64,000 bases of DNA from Perkinsela sp. CCAP 1560/9 (lineage: Eukaryota; Protista; Euglenozoa: Kinetoplastea), in assembly GCA_965644495.1 (NCBI GenBank), contig CBFFSA010000014.1, forward strand, positions 1-64,000. The letters are read 5' to 3'. This document shows, in pieces, positions 23,026 through 34,034 of the stretch. The position numbers and the translations under genes are program-made. The notes under the pieces were generated by a model, which was not told where the DNA came from, made no database searches, and worked only from the letters and a program-made list of their open reading frames with translations. Every line of letters starts with the position of its first letter. The first letter of the stretch is position 1.

Positions 23026-23811
23026 TCACTGAAATTCTGTAAGCAGAGTATTAAACACGTCGAAACGTTTCACCTTTCTCTGGTAAGAAAAGCTAAACAG
23101 CCCTAAGCTCTTCGTATACAATTTGGGAGGTAAAGATTTGACACTGTAGCTCCCCTTTAACTTTGGGTTCGACGCTAATGTGAGCTGCGATAACCCCATG
23201 GGAAGGTTGTCAAAGCAAACTGAACCATCTAGTTCGTTGTGATAGAAGTCGATAAATTTCATTGTGTTCGGAAGGCGAGAAAGATTGAGATCCCCTGAAA
23301 ACTTGTTTTGATGCAAATCAAGGTATTCAAAACCATGCGGAAGATGGAGTAGATCAAGTCTACCTTCGCATTCATTCATATACGCACTCATTTTCTTCAG
23401 CGACCTCGGTAGGTCCGTCAAATTTAGATTTCCAGTAAAACTATTAGCATTGGCAACAGACTCTGCTAAGTTACGAGGTAAATATTCCATTTCAATGGAT
23501 CCCGAGAAATGATTATTGTGCAAATTCAATCGAGAAAGCGTCGTGGGGGCGTATTTCCACCGTAGAATTCCGAGATACCCACTATTCCACCAGGTAAGCG
23601 ATTCTACGAATCCATCTTCTCCACATCGTGTACCCCACCAGTGGCAGGCGGTGTTGCTTTCGTTCCACGAGGGATCCGGATTTCTCACCTCTTTCATAAA
23701 TTCCGCAAGTTCGTATTCTTGTGGCACCGCAGCTCTTGCCTTACCCAATCGCGTGGAAGTGTGATCGGTGTCTGCAGAATGTAGGAACACTGTACCTATG
23801 GATAATGCCAT
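23026..23811 (-). CDS. Short LRR family protein
   Basis: VPQEYELAEF...WNESNTACHWWGTRC cap plus LRRs. Confidence 0.9.
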   Translation of the reverse strand: MALSIGTVFLHSADTDHTSTRLGKARAAVPQEYELAEFMKEVRNPDPSWNESNTACHWWGTRCGEDGFVESLTWWNSGYLGILRWKYAPTTLSRLNLHNNHFSGSIEMEYLPRNLAESVANANSFTGNLNLTDLPRSLKKMSAYMNECEGRLDLLHLPHGFEYLDLHQNKFSGDLNLSRLPNTMKFIDFYHNELDGSVCFDNLPMGLSQLTLASNPKLKGSYSVKSLPPKLYTKSLGLFSFSYQRKVKRFDVFNTLLTEFQ

Positions 23812-23902
23812 TGCGCAAAATATGACCCAGTTGTAAAAGATTGCGACGGGTCTAGGGAAGGGGTGTTTGCGAATTGGAAAAAAAATTATAAAAAATTAGA
23901 TA

Positions 23903-24231
23903 CTCCTCCTCTCACTAATTTCTATAAATATAAATTATAGCGAAAAAGAAAATTTATATTTATATTTATATAAATTAATGAGAATGATTAGGCAAAAAGT
24001 CCTGATTAGTGATCCTGCCTGATGGAAAAACGCTGTTTTTCTGCGATAAGCTATCGCGGAACGTGAGATCCAAGGCCCTTGTCGGAAGTGAGGGTCAAAT
24101 GTTTCTGCGGTGTTCTCCCCTCTATCCTAGATTTTCCTGTTTTTTCTTCAAAAACATAATTTTTTGAAAATCTAAAATTCTTTTTCTGAAAAATTAGGAA
24201 TGGCATTTATAGAAATTAATGAGAAGAGGAG
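23903..24231. mobile_element. MITE, TA TSD
   Basis: TIRs CTCCTCCTCTCACTAATTTCTATAAAT / ATTTATAGAAATTAATGAGAAGAGGAG flanked by TA. Confidence 0.8.
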
Positions 24232-25311
24232 TATACCCTCCATGATCATAAAAAAGGGTTGTATGAAAAAAACACGGTAGGTTTAGAAAAGCAAAAACAA
24301 AGAAAAGATTTTAAAAATATTGTTTTTACTTATTCCAGTTTTCTCTTAAAAAGTGCATAAGAAAGCAAGGTAACTTGAATTGTCCTTGCTTGTTAAAATT
24401 GTTTGAACCTGCTTGAAAAACAGATTTTACCGGTGAAACGTTTATTAAGGATAAAAGTAATTAAGGCAGAACAGATTTAAAAATTAATTATTGCCTTAAT
24501 TAAAGTTGCCTTAATTAAAGTGGCGCTGATAAAAGCCCAAAACAGTTCTTGTTTAAATATTGTCGTTCGCAGCATAAATATCACATTTCTGCTAAAAGTG
24601 CTCAATTTCTGATCATTTGTCATGTTTTTCGTGCTTTTCTAGGCGAACTTCGCCTGTTTCGCTTACCTTTGCGGTCTTCAACCAGTTTAACGTGTGAGAG
24701 AAAAGCTAAAACGATCATTGAAAGGAGAAGTCTGAGACGGAATCATGAAATTAATTTTTCCCATTTTTTTCCCCAAAATGACAAAGAATTATTGCCTTAC
24801 CGGGCGTTACTTAATTACGGAATTTCTTAATTACGGTTAACGGTTAAACTGAACCAACATTCGCAATTTTGCAAATTTTCAAAAAAAAATCTTTTTTTTC
24901 TCGTATTTTAAACTTTTCTCAACTTGTACATGCTTACTTCTTACAAATGAACGCATGCACGGCATTGCTTCAAATTTACTAAAACTTGAAACAATGCATC
25001 ACCCCCGTTACACTTTAAGCTTCCGGTGCATACCTCTGCTTATGCTTGTATTCGGTACCCTTCTTTTCCAGCTTCCTACCTGTCCCGCTTCAGACACTTT
25101 TTGGCCATAGAGTTAGCGCACTCCATAGTGCTCGTGTACACACCTTCAGTTGTAATCCACTATCTTTCGTGGCGAACACTTTCGCGTAGAGATAAATCGT
25201 GACGGGTGTCAGATAGAATTTTTATGCGATTTCCTGAAGCAAGATTCTCGATGTTTGGAGAAAAGGATTCTGGAACGTTCTATTCGGAACAGAGTCCATA
25301 TATATAATTTG

Positions 25312-26524
25312 GGTGGGATTGAACGAATAATGTACACTTTTTTTAAATAATTTTAAATTTTTATGAAATCCTTTTTTGTGTTTCCTAGGGTGATATGTAT
25401 GAATTTTTTGGATTATTAGTCAATTTTTATCTTAAAATTACGGCTAGTATTGCTTCTCTAAGGTTTCAATGAACTGCACAGGTTGCCCTCGTTTTGATTG
25501 CGCTGCTCAAATTCGCTTGACTTCAGTCGGCTCTGCCACAGAGGAAACGTGTATGTTGTGGATGCGAAACCACAAACTCACTGTACAAAGCGTTTCCTGC
25601 GAGCGTGGGCATGAGCGGGTATTGTGTAATCTGAAGGGAGGCAAGTTCCACTGCCCAGTACGCTCCTGCCGCAATTTGATGTCACAGGACGGTCCTCTCA
25701 AGCACTCAAAGACAAAGGTGTCCGCAAAGCAGATTCTAATTGGGATCGTTTCCTTTTCTTATAGCATGCTGGGAACAGAAGTTGCAAAGGAAGAAGAAGT
25801 CTCTCAAAGAACTGTAGTTTTGCAACGCCAAATTATCGAAAAATCATTGTCTGAGGTTCATAAAATCCGTCAGCGGAACGCCGAGGGAACAGTATCCTTT
25901 ATGCAAGTCGATGAGACGTGGTTCTCAAAGATCAAGCGAGGGGGAAACAACCGAAACCAGCGGGTACGCGCTGGTGGTAGCCAGATAGTTCAGACTCTGG
26001 CCGAATGTACTCGTGACAGCAAGCTGACAGAGATACATGTCACGCCTGTGCCTCAAAAAAGCGCAGAACACTTAATTCCCCCCATCGAGGCTATGTGTGC
26101 CTCCTCGCGTACGCTGATCCATACCGACGGGGCCAGGCACAACAATTTTCTTGAAGGAAAGTATCAATGGGATTCGGTTATCCACAGAAATGAGTGGACC
26201 AGTGATTCCGGTGTGCACACTAACACCGTAGAAGGAGCAAACAGCATGTTGAAGAGAACTTTGACGCGTTGTGGCGGCCAACTTGGTAGAAGCAATGAAA
26301 ACCGGCATGAGCGTGTGCGCGCCCTGGCAGAAAAATGTAACGGATCTCTGCGGGTGAATGGAGCAAGTGTTTTGAAGCGAGTTTTGGAGGATCTTCGCGT
26401 GTATTGTGCGCATTATGTTCTGCAGTAAGAAGCATTTTTTTTGTTAGATAATGATCGAAGGGAAAATATCGTCTTTTTAAAAATTCTGAACTGAAATTTT
26501 GTACATTATTCGTTCAATCCGACC
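25312..26524 (+). mobile_element. Intact Merlin DNA transposon (nest level 4)
   Basis: 25-bp TIR GGT(G/C)GGATTGAACGAATAATGTACA with one mismatch; 8-bp TSD ATAATTTG. Confidence 0.93.
25469..26428 (+). CDS. Merlin/IS1595 (ISXO2-like) DDE transposase
   Basis: QVDETWF, IHTDG, GVHTNTVEGANSMLKR motifs; Cys-rich N-terminus. Confidence 0.92.
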   Translation: MNCTGCPRFDCAAQIRLTSVGSATEETCMLWMRNHKLTVQSVSCERGHERVLCNLKGGKFHCPVRSCRNLMSQDGPLKHSKTKVSAKQILIGIVSFSYSMLGTEVAKEEEVSQRTVVLQRQIIEKSLSEVHKIRQRNAEGTVSFMQVDETWFSKIKRGGNNRNQRVRAGGSQIVQTLAECTRDSKLTEIHVTPVPQKSAEHLIPPIEAMCASSRTLIHTDGARHNNFLEGKYQWDSVIHRNEWTSDSGVHTNTVEGANSMLKRTLTRCGGQLGRSNENRHERVRALAEKCNGSLRVNGASVLKRVLEDLRVYCAHYVLQ

Positions 26525-28253
26525 ATAATTTGCGGTTCTTCTATTCTCTCGATGGTTCTTGTTACAAATCACTTTCTGCGCCACTGGAGAGTGCTTTCGC
26601 ATCCATTTAAGACATTGATTCTCACTCCTGGAGAACTTGTTTCTAATGATACTTCTTGAACGACACGAGAATCTTAACGCATCCAGTGCGCGTCATTAAA
26701 AGGTGTGAAGGTTGATAAGGAAGTATAAACGAATTCAAAAAACACACCGTTTATATAAAATTAATGTACAAAAACAAAATTCATCATAAAAAAGGGGCGG
26801 AAAAATGTTCAAGTAAACTTTTTTTTACCAGAAATGAGAAAAGTGCGAATATTGGTTCAGTTTCACCCGGTTAACGGTTAAAATTTCGTCGATTTTAACC
26901 TTAAATCGGTTAACCGTAATTAGGGAGTAACCGTAATTAAGAAATTCCGTAAATAGGGAAAATCGGTTATGCGTTGCCCACAACGAATTTAAACATCAAT
27001 GAAACGATAACTATCAACCATCAATATCGTGCATCTTATACCCACTAGATTCGAAAGTGCGCTGTCGCTTTCTTCTAGTGGTATCCGCATCATCGTTGCG
27101 TTCCCCGTAGTCAAATCCAAGCTAGAATGTTTCCAAGCCCCTCGTAATGCAATTATCTGATACTGTGTAGCAACGTGGTGGCGCATTCCACACGAGGAAT
27201 GCCAGTCGCTCTATTCCTCGCCCAGGAGACTTTCTGCTTCCTGATATTCCAGTCACAGGGCGCATAAAAATATTTTGCTCGGAAAATAAAAATGTCAGTT
27301 TTAATCTTAAATAGATTAACCGTAATTAGGTAAAAACCGTAATTAAGGACAACCGTAATTAAGTAACGCCCGGTAATTAAAGCTGCCTTAATTAAAGTTG
27401 CCTTAATTTTAATTACCCTTAATTGGAGTTTCTACGGTATATCATGTTTTAATTGAATTAGTCTTCCATGCAATTCTTTATGCAAAAGAAATTTCTACAC
27501 GAGCTTAACTTAGAACACGAATTTTCGTGTATTCAAAGGCCTTGCATTTCAGCGTTTCCGGTAGTAAATCGACATGAACTTCTCCCGTAAGCTCGGAGTT
27601 GCCACGAAGTTTGTTTTTTCATGCACTTATAGTGCAGAGATTTGCCTCACTACATGTCCTTACCCGCATACGACGGGTGGATCAAGTGAGGGTTCGCCCT
27701 CGCCGGAGGTGTGCGGGTGCAGAGAGCTGGGGCCCCAGGTGCAGAGAGCTCGGTTGTCATGTGCAGGTGCAGAGAGCCAGATGCGTAATCCCCATATTAC
27801 AGTTTCGGGGGCAATCCGGGTGCAGAGAGCTGCGACAGAGCCGAGTGCAGAGAGCGACCCCCAGGTGCAGAGAGCCGGGAGTCTCGTCGGCGGAGGACAC
27901 GCCTAGTGGCCCTCAAGGGAGGCCACCGTAACGCATGGCCTCTTCGGAAAGGTAACTGCGAGAGAAGGGGAAGCCGAGAGAGGGAAACACACTCACTCCA
28001 GGGGAGTGATTCGGGAAGGGGTGGAAGCACGTCCCCTTCTTCAACAATGGAGGGGGTGGAGACAGTACCTGTAGGTCGCTGTCGAACGGTGACGACCAAT
28101 GGCGACCGGTGGCGAACGCTGTAGGTATTTTTTGAGGTTCGAAGGATCGACCATTAACCATACAAGTCTTCATAAACCACCCTTCATCAATAAGGAACCC
28201 CACCTTATTTTTGGCACAACAACGAAGGCCCCACACAAGCCGCGCTCGTCGAT

Positions 28254-28490
28254 TTATGCAACAAGCTCCGGCGTTAGGGTTTCCACGTCTTGCGCTTTAT
28301 GGCATTCGGGGAAGAGGTTTTTCCCCATTCGGACGCAAGTCGCGGAACAGTGAACGCAACGTTCCACAAAGTACCCTTCTTCGCCGGAGGGCTGGCGGCA
28401 ATCGAGGCAGACGGATGGCGTTTTCGGAGTGAACAGCTTATCTTCCCCACAAGTATCACAAAATTTCTTAGCACAGCGAGAAGTTTGCAT
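28254..28490 (-). CDS. Small Cys-rich (multi-CxxC) ORF between ~60-bp direct repeats, possibly frameshifted
   Basis: CDTC, CLDC, CVHC motifs; direct repeats at 28087-28145 and 28634-28693. Confidence 0.35.
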   Translation of the reverse strand: MQTSRCAKKFCDTCGEDKLFTPKTPSVCLDCRQPSGEEGYFVERCVHCSATCVRMGKNLFPECHKAQDVETLTPELVA

Positions 28491-28808
28491 TAATGGAACT
28501 AACAAAAATAGTTGGGAATGTATAAATTGGTGGTGTATAAAATGCTAAATTGTTTTTGCTGATGTATAATTATATTGATCAGTCGGTCATAAAGTTGAGC
28601 ATTTTGGCCTTCAAAGTGTCGTTTTCTGGAAGTCGGTGACGATCGGTGACGACCGGTGGCGAACGCTGTAGGTATTTTTTGAGACCGTCGAAGGGCCACT
28701 TGCACTCCCTCCAATAGAGAGGGACAGTTTCGGCCTTAGTGCCGGCCGAAAACGGGCATAAAAATATAGTAAGAGTATGTCCGTTGCCGGGGAAAGAAAG
28801 GATAAACT

Positions 28809-28839
28809 CAACAAGGTACATAAACTGTATCTTTATCGA
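28809..28839 (-). ncRNA. Spliced-leader exon remnant (5'-truncated)
   Basis: GATACAGTTTATGTACCTTGTTG resembles the conserved euglenozoan SL 3' half ACAGTTTCTGTACT(A/T)TATTG. Confidence 0.65.
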
Positions 28840-29570
28840 TGAAAGACTTACAAGTGCAGAAGGAAGGAGAGTAAGTGTTACATGACCACTTAGCTCATTC
28901 GCCGACAGAATTAATGAAACTAGCTTGGACGGAAAGTGACAAAGATCAATGCTTCCCGAGAACTTATTGTACGAGGCTTCAAACCAAGGTAAATGGGGTG
29001 GAAGGTTTACGAGATCAATCTCACCTCTAAGTTTGTTGTTGGATACGGAGAATCGGATGAGTGATCTCGGCAGCACGTCCCACTTAATCGTGCCTCGTAA
29101 TTTACGACTCTCTGGATCAAACGCGGTGATTTTGTTTTCATAAACCTGAACCTCTTCCCATATATCGGCTGTCATGGATGTGTTCCAAGAGGGGAGGTGA
29201 TTCTCAATGGTACGTACCATACGCTCGAGACCGTACTCCAGGGGTAGGAGCACACTTCTGACTCTCCCCGCTTTTGCATCCCCACTACTCGTATCGGAAC
29301 AAATAAGAACGTTTGAAGAAGCTTGGCCACATGGCAACTGCAAAAAGCACATGTTGAACTATTTTGACGAATTATGAAAAAAGAGTTCGAAGGAGCGCCT
29401 GAAATAAAGCGCCTGAATAAAGATAGATCTTAGAAAGTATAGGCGTATGAATATTCAGTTTCTTCAACATGGTTCATTAGAATGTAAACATCGGATTATC
29501 TATTTCTAACCGCGATCCTTTCGCATTAGAAAAATGTAAGTCACTAGAAGAACGTACATCACTTCATGAC

Positions 29571-32500
29571 TTACTGTGACAAGACCCTTCTGGCTTCCTT
29601 CATTTCAGATAAAACAGTAGGAGAAAAGATATTTTCTGTGTTTCCTGGCATGGAGGAACGCTCCAAGTAACTGGCACGTCGCGTGGGCTTCAGAGTCTTG
29701 TCCAATATATTTACTGTTTGTTTTTTCTCTGCCGGACGAAGCTCGGGATTCGATAGTGCGAGAGAGGAACTTATTGTGTTCGACAGCGCGCAAAGCCGTT
29801 TGCTTTCATCCGACGTGAGTTCAGCTTGAATGACCCAATACTCTTTTCGATCCAGCCCTTGTGCGACAGCATCCTGTGATACAAATTTCGAATCTTGTTT
29901 TATCTTTTCTTCACTCCTTATCTGAAGTTTGCATGAGAGATAGACTCCATGAAAAGTACCACCGGTTGTGGTCACGAGAAGTGGACCACTTAATTCAGTT
30001 TCCAAAGACGAGGAAGAGGAAGATGAAGTAGACGAAGGTAGAGAAGAATCAAGCCCACTGGGAGCTTTACTTCTCACCGGTTCCAGCGACTGAGCCCATT
30101 CTAACTCTGTAAGGGGGGGCAATGGAAGATGCGCCCCATGGCCTGCGTTTTCCATCGAAGCATCATACGAATTTCGCATCTCGCCGTAGTAATCACAGAA
30201 GAAGCGCGCGTCAATATACGAATTTCGAATAAGGTAATCCATCGCCTCTGGGGGTAGCTGTATTACTCGGGAAGAGCCAAGGTAGGGAGCCAGGAGCTGA
30301 GCTCCAATGATGTTGAGCGTTCGCCCATCTTTTTGAGTGACTACACACACGGCTGCGGGCCTCTGTGCTCGTTTAATTGCAACAGACATCGACTGAGCCT
30401 CGCGAGATTTTCTGTGCCCTCCGTTTTCGATGTTTTGCTGAAACCACGAAGCTTCTTTTGTCATGGCACTCCACGACCCGTCGTTGTTTTTACAAAACGT
30501 GTAATAGTGAAACAGATTCGGCAGCACTGTGAAGGGATAGAGGACTTGATTGGAAAAAGCTTCGTCGAACGTAGAAGCGGGGCACTTGTCTGGGAAAGGG
30601 CGTTCCAAGACTTGCTCTTCTGGCGCTGTGGAAGGCGCTACTTTCTGAAACAGTGCAAAAAAGAATCCCGTTTTAAAGGAACGGTTCTCATGGGGAAGAA
30701 GCCGTGCGCACTGCTCGAGATTATCGCTCGCTGAGCAAAATAATTCTGTAAAATTCGAAATCGTACGCAATGGGGAATCCCACGCAACCTCTTCAATTGC
30801 GGACACAAACCGTTTAAGATGACCCCTGTGTTTATCCGATTCGGTTCGGTTTTCAGCGTAATGTGGCACACACCAGCGACGCAGCCCCGGACGAAGGCAA
30901 ACCCCCGAGAAAGAGCTCGGAAGATTTACGTGCCTTAGCTCTACAGAGCCAGCATACTCCCGCAACACAGAGGCCACCACAGCCTCATTCTCCACAGGGT
31001 TGAGACTGCAAGTGGAGTACAGGACACTCCCCCCTACATGGACCAGTCGTAGTGCGCGAGATAAGATTGCGCGCTGGGTGTTAAAAAGGGTTACCCCCTC
31101 GAACGGTCGCCACGTGGCGTTAAGATGAACATCATGACCCATGCGCCCGTCTCCGGAACAAGGGACATCGGCGAGAACGAAATCAAAAAACGAACCGCTC
31201 GGTTCTACGGTTTGTGAGAACGTGAGGGGGTTAGAACTCCACCGGTCGTGTTGTGGGACAACATTGTTGCCTAACACTGTAATGTCTTTTGATGCCGTTT
31301 TCTCCTCCCCTCTCTCCTCCTCTGGCTGCACACGAACCAGTGGAAAATGCTGCGCGTCATACTGCGTAAGCAGCACTTGAGGAAACGGAGCTAACGATAA
31401 CCGTTTCTCCAGATCCCCCCTGCGTGGGCTGTTTTTATCATTCACCACCAGCACCCCTCGCCTTCCGAGGCACTCCGCGAGACGCAGTGCTTTATTCCCC
31501 GGAGCCGCACATAAGTCCAACACGAAACTCCCGGGTCGGATTCGCGCCCCCAAAAGTGCCGTAGCCAACACCGAACTTAAGGATTGAATCCCTAAAAGGT
31601 GATGGGTGTGAAGTCGATAGAGCCAACTTTTCATCAAAGGCTCATAGGCAACAAAAACCTCACGTGAAAGATGCGCAAGAAAGGCCTTTTTATTATTTCC
31701 CAAGTTTGTTGAATGGATGGAACCCTTCGCATCCCCTACACTCTCAGAGGGTTGTGGCCATCTCCCCATCCTTTGTAGTTTTCCCTCTAATCCATTCATT
31801 GGAGCCTTCCCCTCCTTGGCCTCAAAGGAAGACGCGTAATATTTATTGCGCTGCTGCAACTGCAGAAGTGCGGTGCGTAGCCTTTTCCAATACGGCCACG
31901 CGGTGTGGAGCCGTGCCGTTAGGGGGGCATTGAGGTCAATGGGATTTTCAGTACTTCTGTTCTGAACAAAAGAAGAAGTTGTTGTTGCTGTTGTTGTTTC
32001 AGATAGGTAAGCTTGATAGGCAGCTACATCCGCAGCGCTGTGGAGTACGCCTTGCCGGTGGTAGTAGGCGAGGAGCGTATGGCTGCGATGGGAGGGGAGA
32101 GGGAAGGAGAGAGACACGAGATGGGGGGGATAGGGGTGGGAGATTTGAAATTCATGGGAAAGTGTTTTTAGCATGTCGGCGGCCGTGGTCGTGTCGGGGC
32201 TTTGGGGGGAGATCGTAGGGGATTCGGGAAGCAGAGGGGGGAGTTCGGTGGAGGTGGTTCGGTTCGTTTTGGAGCGCAGCTCGGCGGGGAGGACGGGAAA
32301 AAGGGTGCGGGCGAGGAGAAAGGGGTGAATCCCACAACGAAGGGCGAGTTGGTAGTGCTCCACCCCAAGAGGGAATGCAGCTTCGTTTTTGCAGTAGTGC
32401 ATAATGCGAAGAGCGTTGTGCCACTGCCGGGTTCGACGTGCGGCAAGAAGAACTGTACTTAGCGTTGCGGGAGTAAGGCGACCTTTCGCGTCGTACGTTC

Positions 32501-32582
32501 GAATTTGCCGATGAAGCGACAGAGGGGAGGGGGTGCCGAGGAGGTCGTGCGCCATTTGCTGAATTCGACCGTAAACGTTCAT
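29571..32582 (-). CDS. NOL1/NOP2/Sun family RNA m5C methyltransferase
   Basis: LDLCAAPGNK, DFVLADVPCSGDG and LYSTCSLNPVENEAVV motifs. Confidence 0.9.
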   Translation of the reverse strand: MNVYGRIQQMAHDLLGTPSPLSLHRQIRTYDAKGRLTPATLSTVLLAARRTRQWHNALRIMHYCKNEAAFPLGVEHYQLALRCGIHPFLLARTLFPVLPAELRSKTNRTTSTELPPLLPESPTISPQSPDTTTAADMLKTLSHEFQISHPYPPHLVSLSFPLPSHRSHTLLAYYHRQGVLHSAADVAAYQAYLSETTTATTTSSFVQNRSTENPIDLNAPLTARLHTAWPYWKRLRTALLQLQQRNKYYASSFEAKEGKAPMNGLEGKLQRMGRWPQPSESVGDAKGSIHSTNLGNNKKAFLAHLSREVFVAYEPLMKSWLYRLHTHHLLGIQSLSSVLATALLGARIRPGSFVLDLCAAPGNKALRLAECLGRRGVLVVNDKNSPRRGDLEKRLSLAPFPQVLLTQYDAQHFPLVRVQPEEERGEEKTASKDITVLGNNVVPQHDRWSSNPLTFSQTVEPSGSFFDFVLADVPCSGDGRMGHDVHLNATWRPFEGVTLFNTQRAILSRALRLVHVGGSVLYSTCSLNPVENEAVVASVLREYAGSVELRHVNLPSSFSGVCLRPGLRRWCVPHYAENRTESDKHRGHLKRFVSAIEEVAWDSPLRTISNFTELFCSASDNLEQCARLLPHENRSFKTGFFFALFQKVAPSTAPEEQVLERPFPDKCPASTFDEAFSNQVLYPFTVLPNLFHYYTFCKNNDGSWSAMTKEASWFQQNIENGGHRKSREAQSMSVAIKRAQRPAAVCVVTQKDGRTLNIIGAQLLAPYLGSSRVIQLPPEAMDYLIRNSYIDARFFCDYYGEMRNSYDASMENAGHGAHLPLPPLTELEWAQSLEPVRSKAPSGLDSSLPSSTSSSSSSSLETELSGPLLVTTTGGTFHGVYLSCKLQIRSEEKIKQDSKFVSQDAVAQGLDRKEYWVIQAELTSDESKRLCALSNTISSSLALSNPELRPAEKKQTVNILDKTLKPTRRASYLERSSMPGNTENIFSPTVLSEMKEARRVLSQ

Positions 32583-32917
32583 TTTAGTCTATCTTGGTTG
32601 AGAAAAACTGGAAAAGGGAAAAACACTATTCTTAACGATCATGCATAATTGTGGCGCTAGGCCTGTATGTCAAGGCTTCATCGAGTTACAAAAATTAAGA
32701 AGAGTGCGCTTCGCATCAAACTGCATTATGAATACTTTACATGTTGTTTTAATCGAAGAAAAAAATATGCGATATTCAATAGTGATAACCGAAAACATAT
32801 GAGCGGAGCCGATAAAAAAGTAGCTCCGCGTCAAAAAGTGCGCTGAGCGCCGAGACGTCCATACATGTACCTACGGGTCAAGGTCCTTTGCTCAAGTTCG
32901 GTGTAAGCCGTTTTAAC

Positions 32918-33754
32918 TTACTCTCTTTCTGAAATCTGTGGACGTAGCTTTGCACAAGGTGGACCAGTACCAATAAATTCTTCGAAGAAATTACCAGTGA
33001 GATCAAAATATACAAGAGTAGGGGAAACCAATCTTAAGTCCACAATACCAGAAAACCGATTGTTTTCGATCCAAAAGTGTTCTAGCGCATCCGGCAAAGA
33101 TCCAAGATCGATAGAACCTTCAAAAATGTTATCGGAAAGCACAAGATGGCGCAACTTAGGAGGAAGCTTGGTAAGCTCCACGGTCCCTGAAAATGCATTC
33201 TCATGGAGAGACAAAACTTCGAGTGTTAGGGGTAGTTGTGTTAAATCGATTTCCTCCGATAGCTTGTTTTGATATAAATGGCATTTTTTCAGATGCGACG
33301 GAAGTCGAGTCAAATCGATGGGCCCGGAAAATAGATTCATGGCGAGTGCTATCAGCTCCATACTCTCCGGAAAATTTTCTAAAGGAATGTTCCCTGAAAG
33401 AGAAGTAGATTTAATAACTATTTCCTCGAAATAAAGAAATGATGATAACGTTGCAAAGTTCAGCTCACCACCAATGTTAAGCTTGTGCCAGGTCAAACCC
33501 TGTATTTCTTTGTTCTTGCATCGCACGCCGTTCCATTCGCAAGCAAGGTTAGATAAATTCCATGATGGGAGAGGATTTTCAACCTTTGCTACGAGTCGCT
33601 CAAGATAGTATTCAAGAGGAAGTAGGGCTCCACTTACTTTTGAAGGTCTGGTGGATTTCGCATATTCATCTGCACAACGGATGCGCTTTTGCGTAGATAG
33701 AAGTGGGTTTAAGAAAGTCATACGAAAAAATACCCTAGGAAGTCTGTAGCACAT
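32918..33754 (-). CDS. Short LRR family protein
   Basis: LPLEYYLERL...WNLSNLACEWNGVRC cap plus LRRs. Confidence 0.9.
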   Translation of the reverse strand: MCYRLPRVFFRMTFLNPLLSTQKRIRCADEYAKSTRPSKVSGALLPLEYYLERLVAKVENPLPSWNLSNLACEWNGVRCKNKEIQGLTWHKLNIGGELNFATLSSFLYFEEIVIKSTSLSGNIPLENFPESMELIALAMNLFSGPIDLTRLPSHLKKCHLYQNKLSEEIDLTQLPLTLEVLSLHENAFSGTVELTKLPPKLRHLVLSDNIFEGSIDLGSLPDALEHFWIENNRFSGIVDLRLVSPTLVYFDLTGNFFEEFIGTGPPCAKLRPQISERE

Positions 33755-34034
33755 ACATACCTGTACAACTACATTGTATTCGACGAAATATTAAGAAAAA
33801 TGTACAATGAAGTACATTGAAGGTATAGTGCGGATAAGGTATCTATGAAAAAGCGAAACCTAAGATAATCAATACCTATCATGACTATATACTCTTTTCG
33901 TATCATCAAAGCTCTGTTGAGAATAATAAAGAAAAGAGGAATAATACTGACATTTGGTCCTTTGTGAGGAAAAGCATTTTGCGAGGTTGTACAAACGTCG
34001 GACACTCCAAGAATGTCTCCGCAGACTCATACCC

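Larger units (their letters stand above)
24842..26867 (-). mobile_element. Degenerate Merlin element (nest level 3)
   Basis: TIRs GGTTAAACTGAACCAACATTCGCA / TGCGAATATTGGTTCAGTTTCACC, 8-bp TSD CGGTTAAC; decayed minus-strand transposase (GVYTSTMECANSMAKK near 25100-25150). Confidence 0.85.
24800..27373. mobile_element. TA-flanked TIR element (nest level 2)
   Basis: Perfect TIR CCGGGCGTTACTTAATTACGG, TA TSD; interrupts a GCCTTA|ATTAAAG motif of the outer element. Confidence 0.85.
24430..27437. mobile_element. Outer TA-flanked TIR element (nest level 1)
   Basis: Imperfect TIRs CCGGTGAAAC..TTAAGG / CCTTAA..GTTTCTACGG, TA flanks, iterated GCCTTAATTAAAG motifs at both ends. Confidence 0.6.
27610..28839 (-). 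mobile_element. SL-headed non-coding element, copy 1 (with nested insert ~28060-28710)
   Basis: Highly similar to 41328-41879 and 42550-43131; starts TCGATAAAGATACAGTTTATGTACCTTGTTG and ends TGCACTATAAGTGCATGAAAAAACAAA. Confidence 0.88.
27505..29352 (-). pseudogene. LRR family gene split by an SL-headed element (5' part 29352-28840, 3' part 27609-27505)
   Basis: Joining gives in-frame ...LPSALVSLS|LRGNSELTGEVHVDLLPETLKCKAFEYTKIRVLS* (205 aa). Confidence 0.88.
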
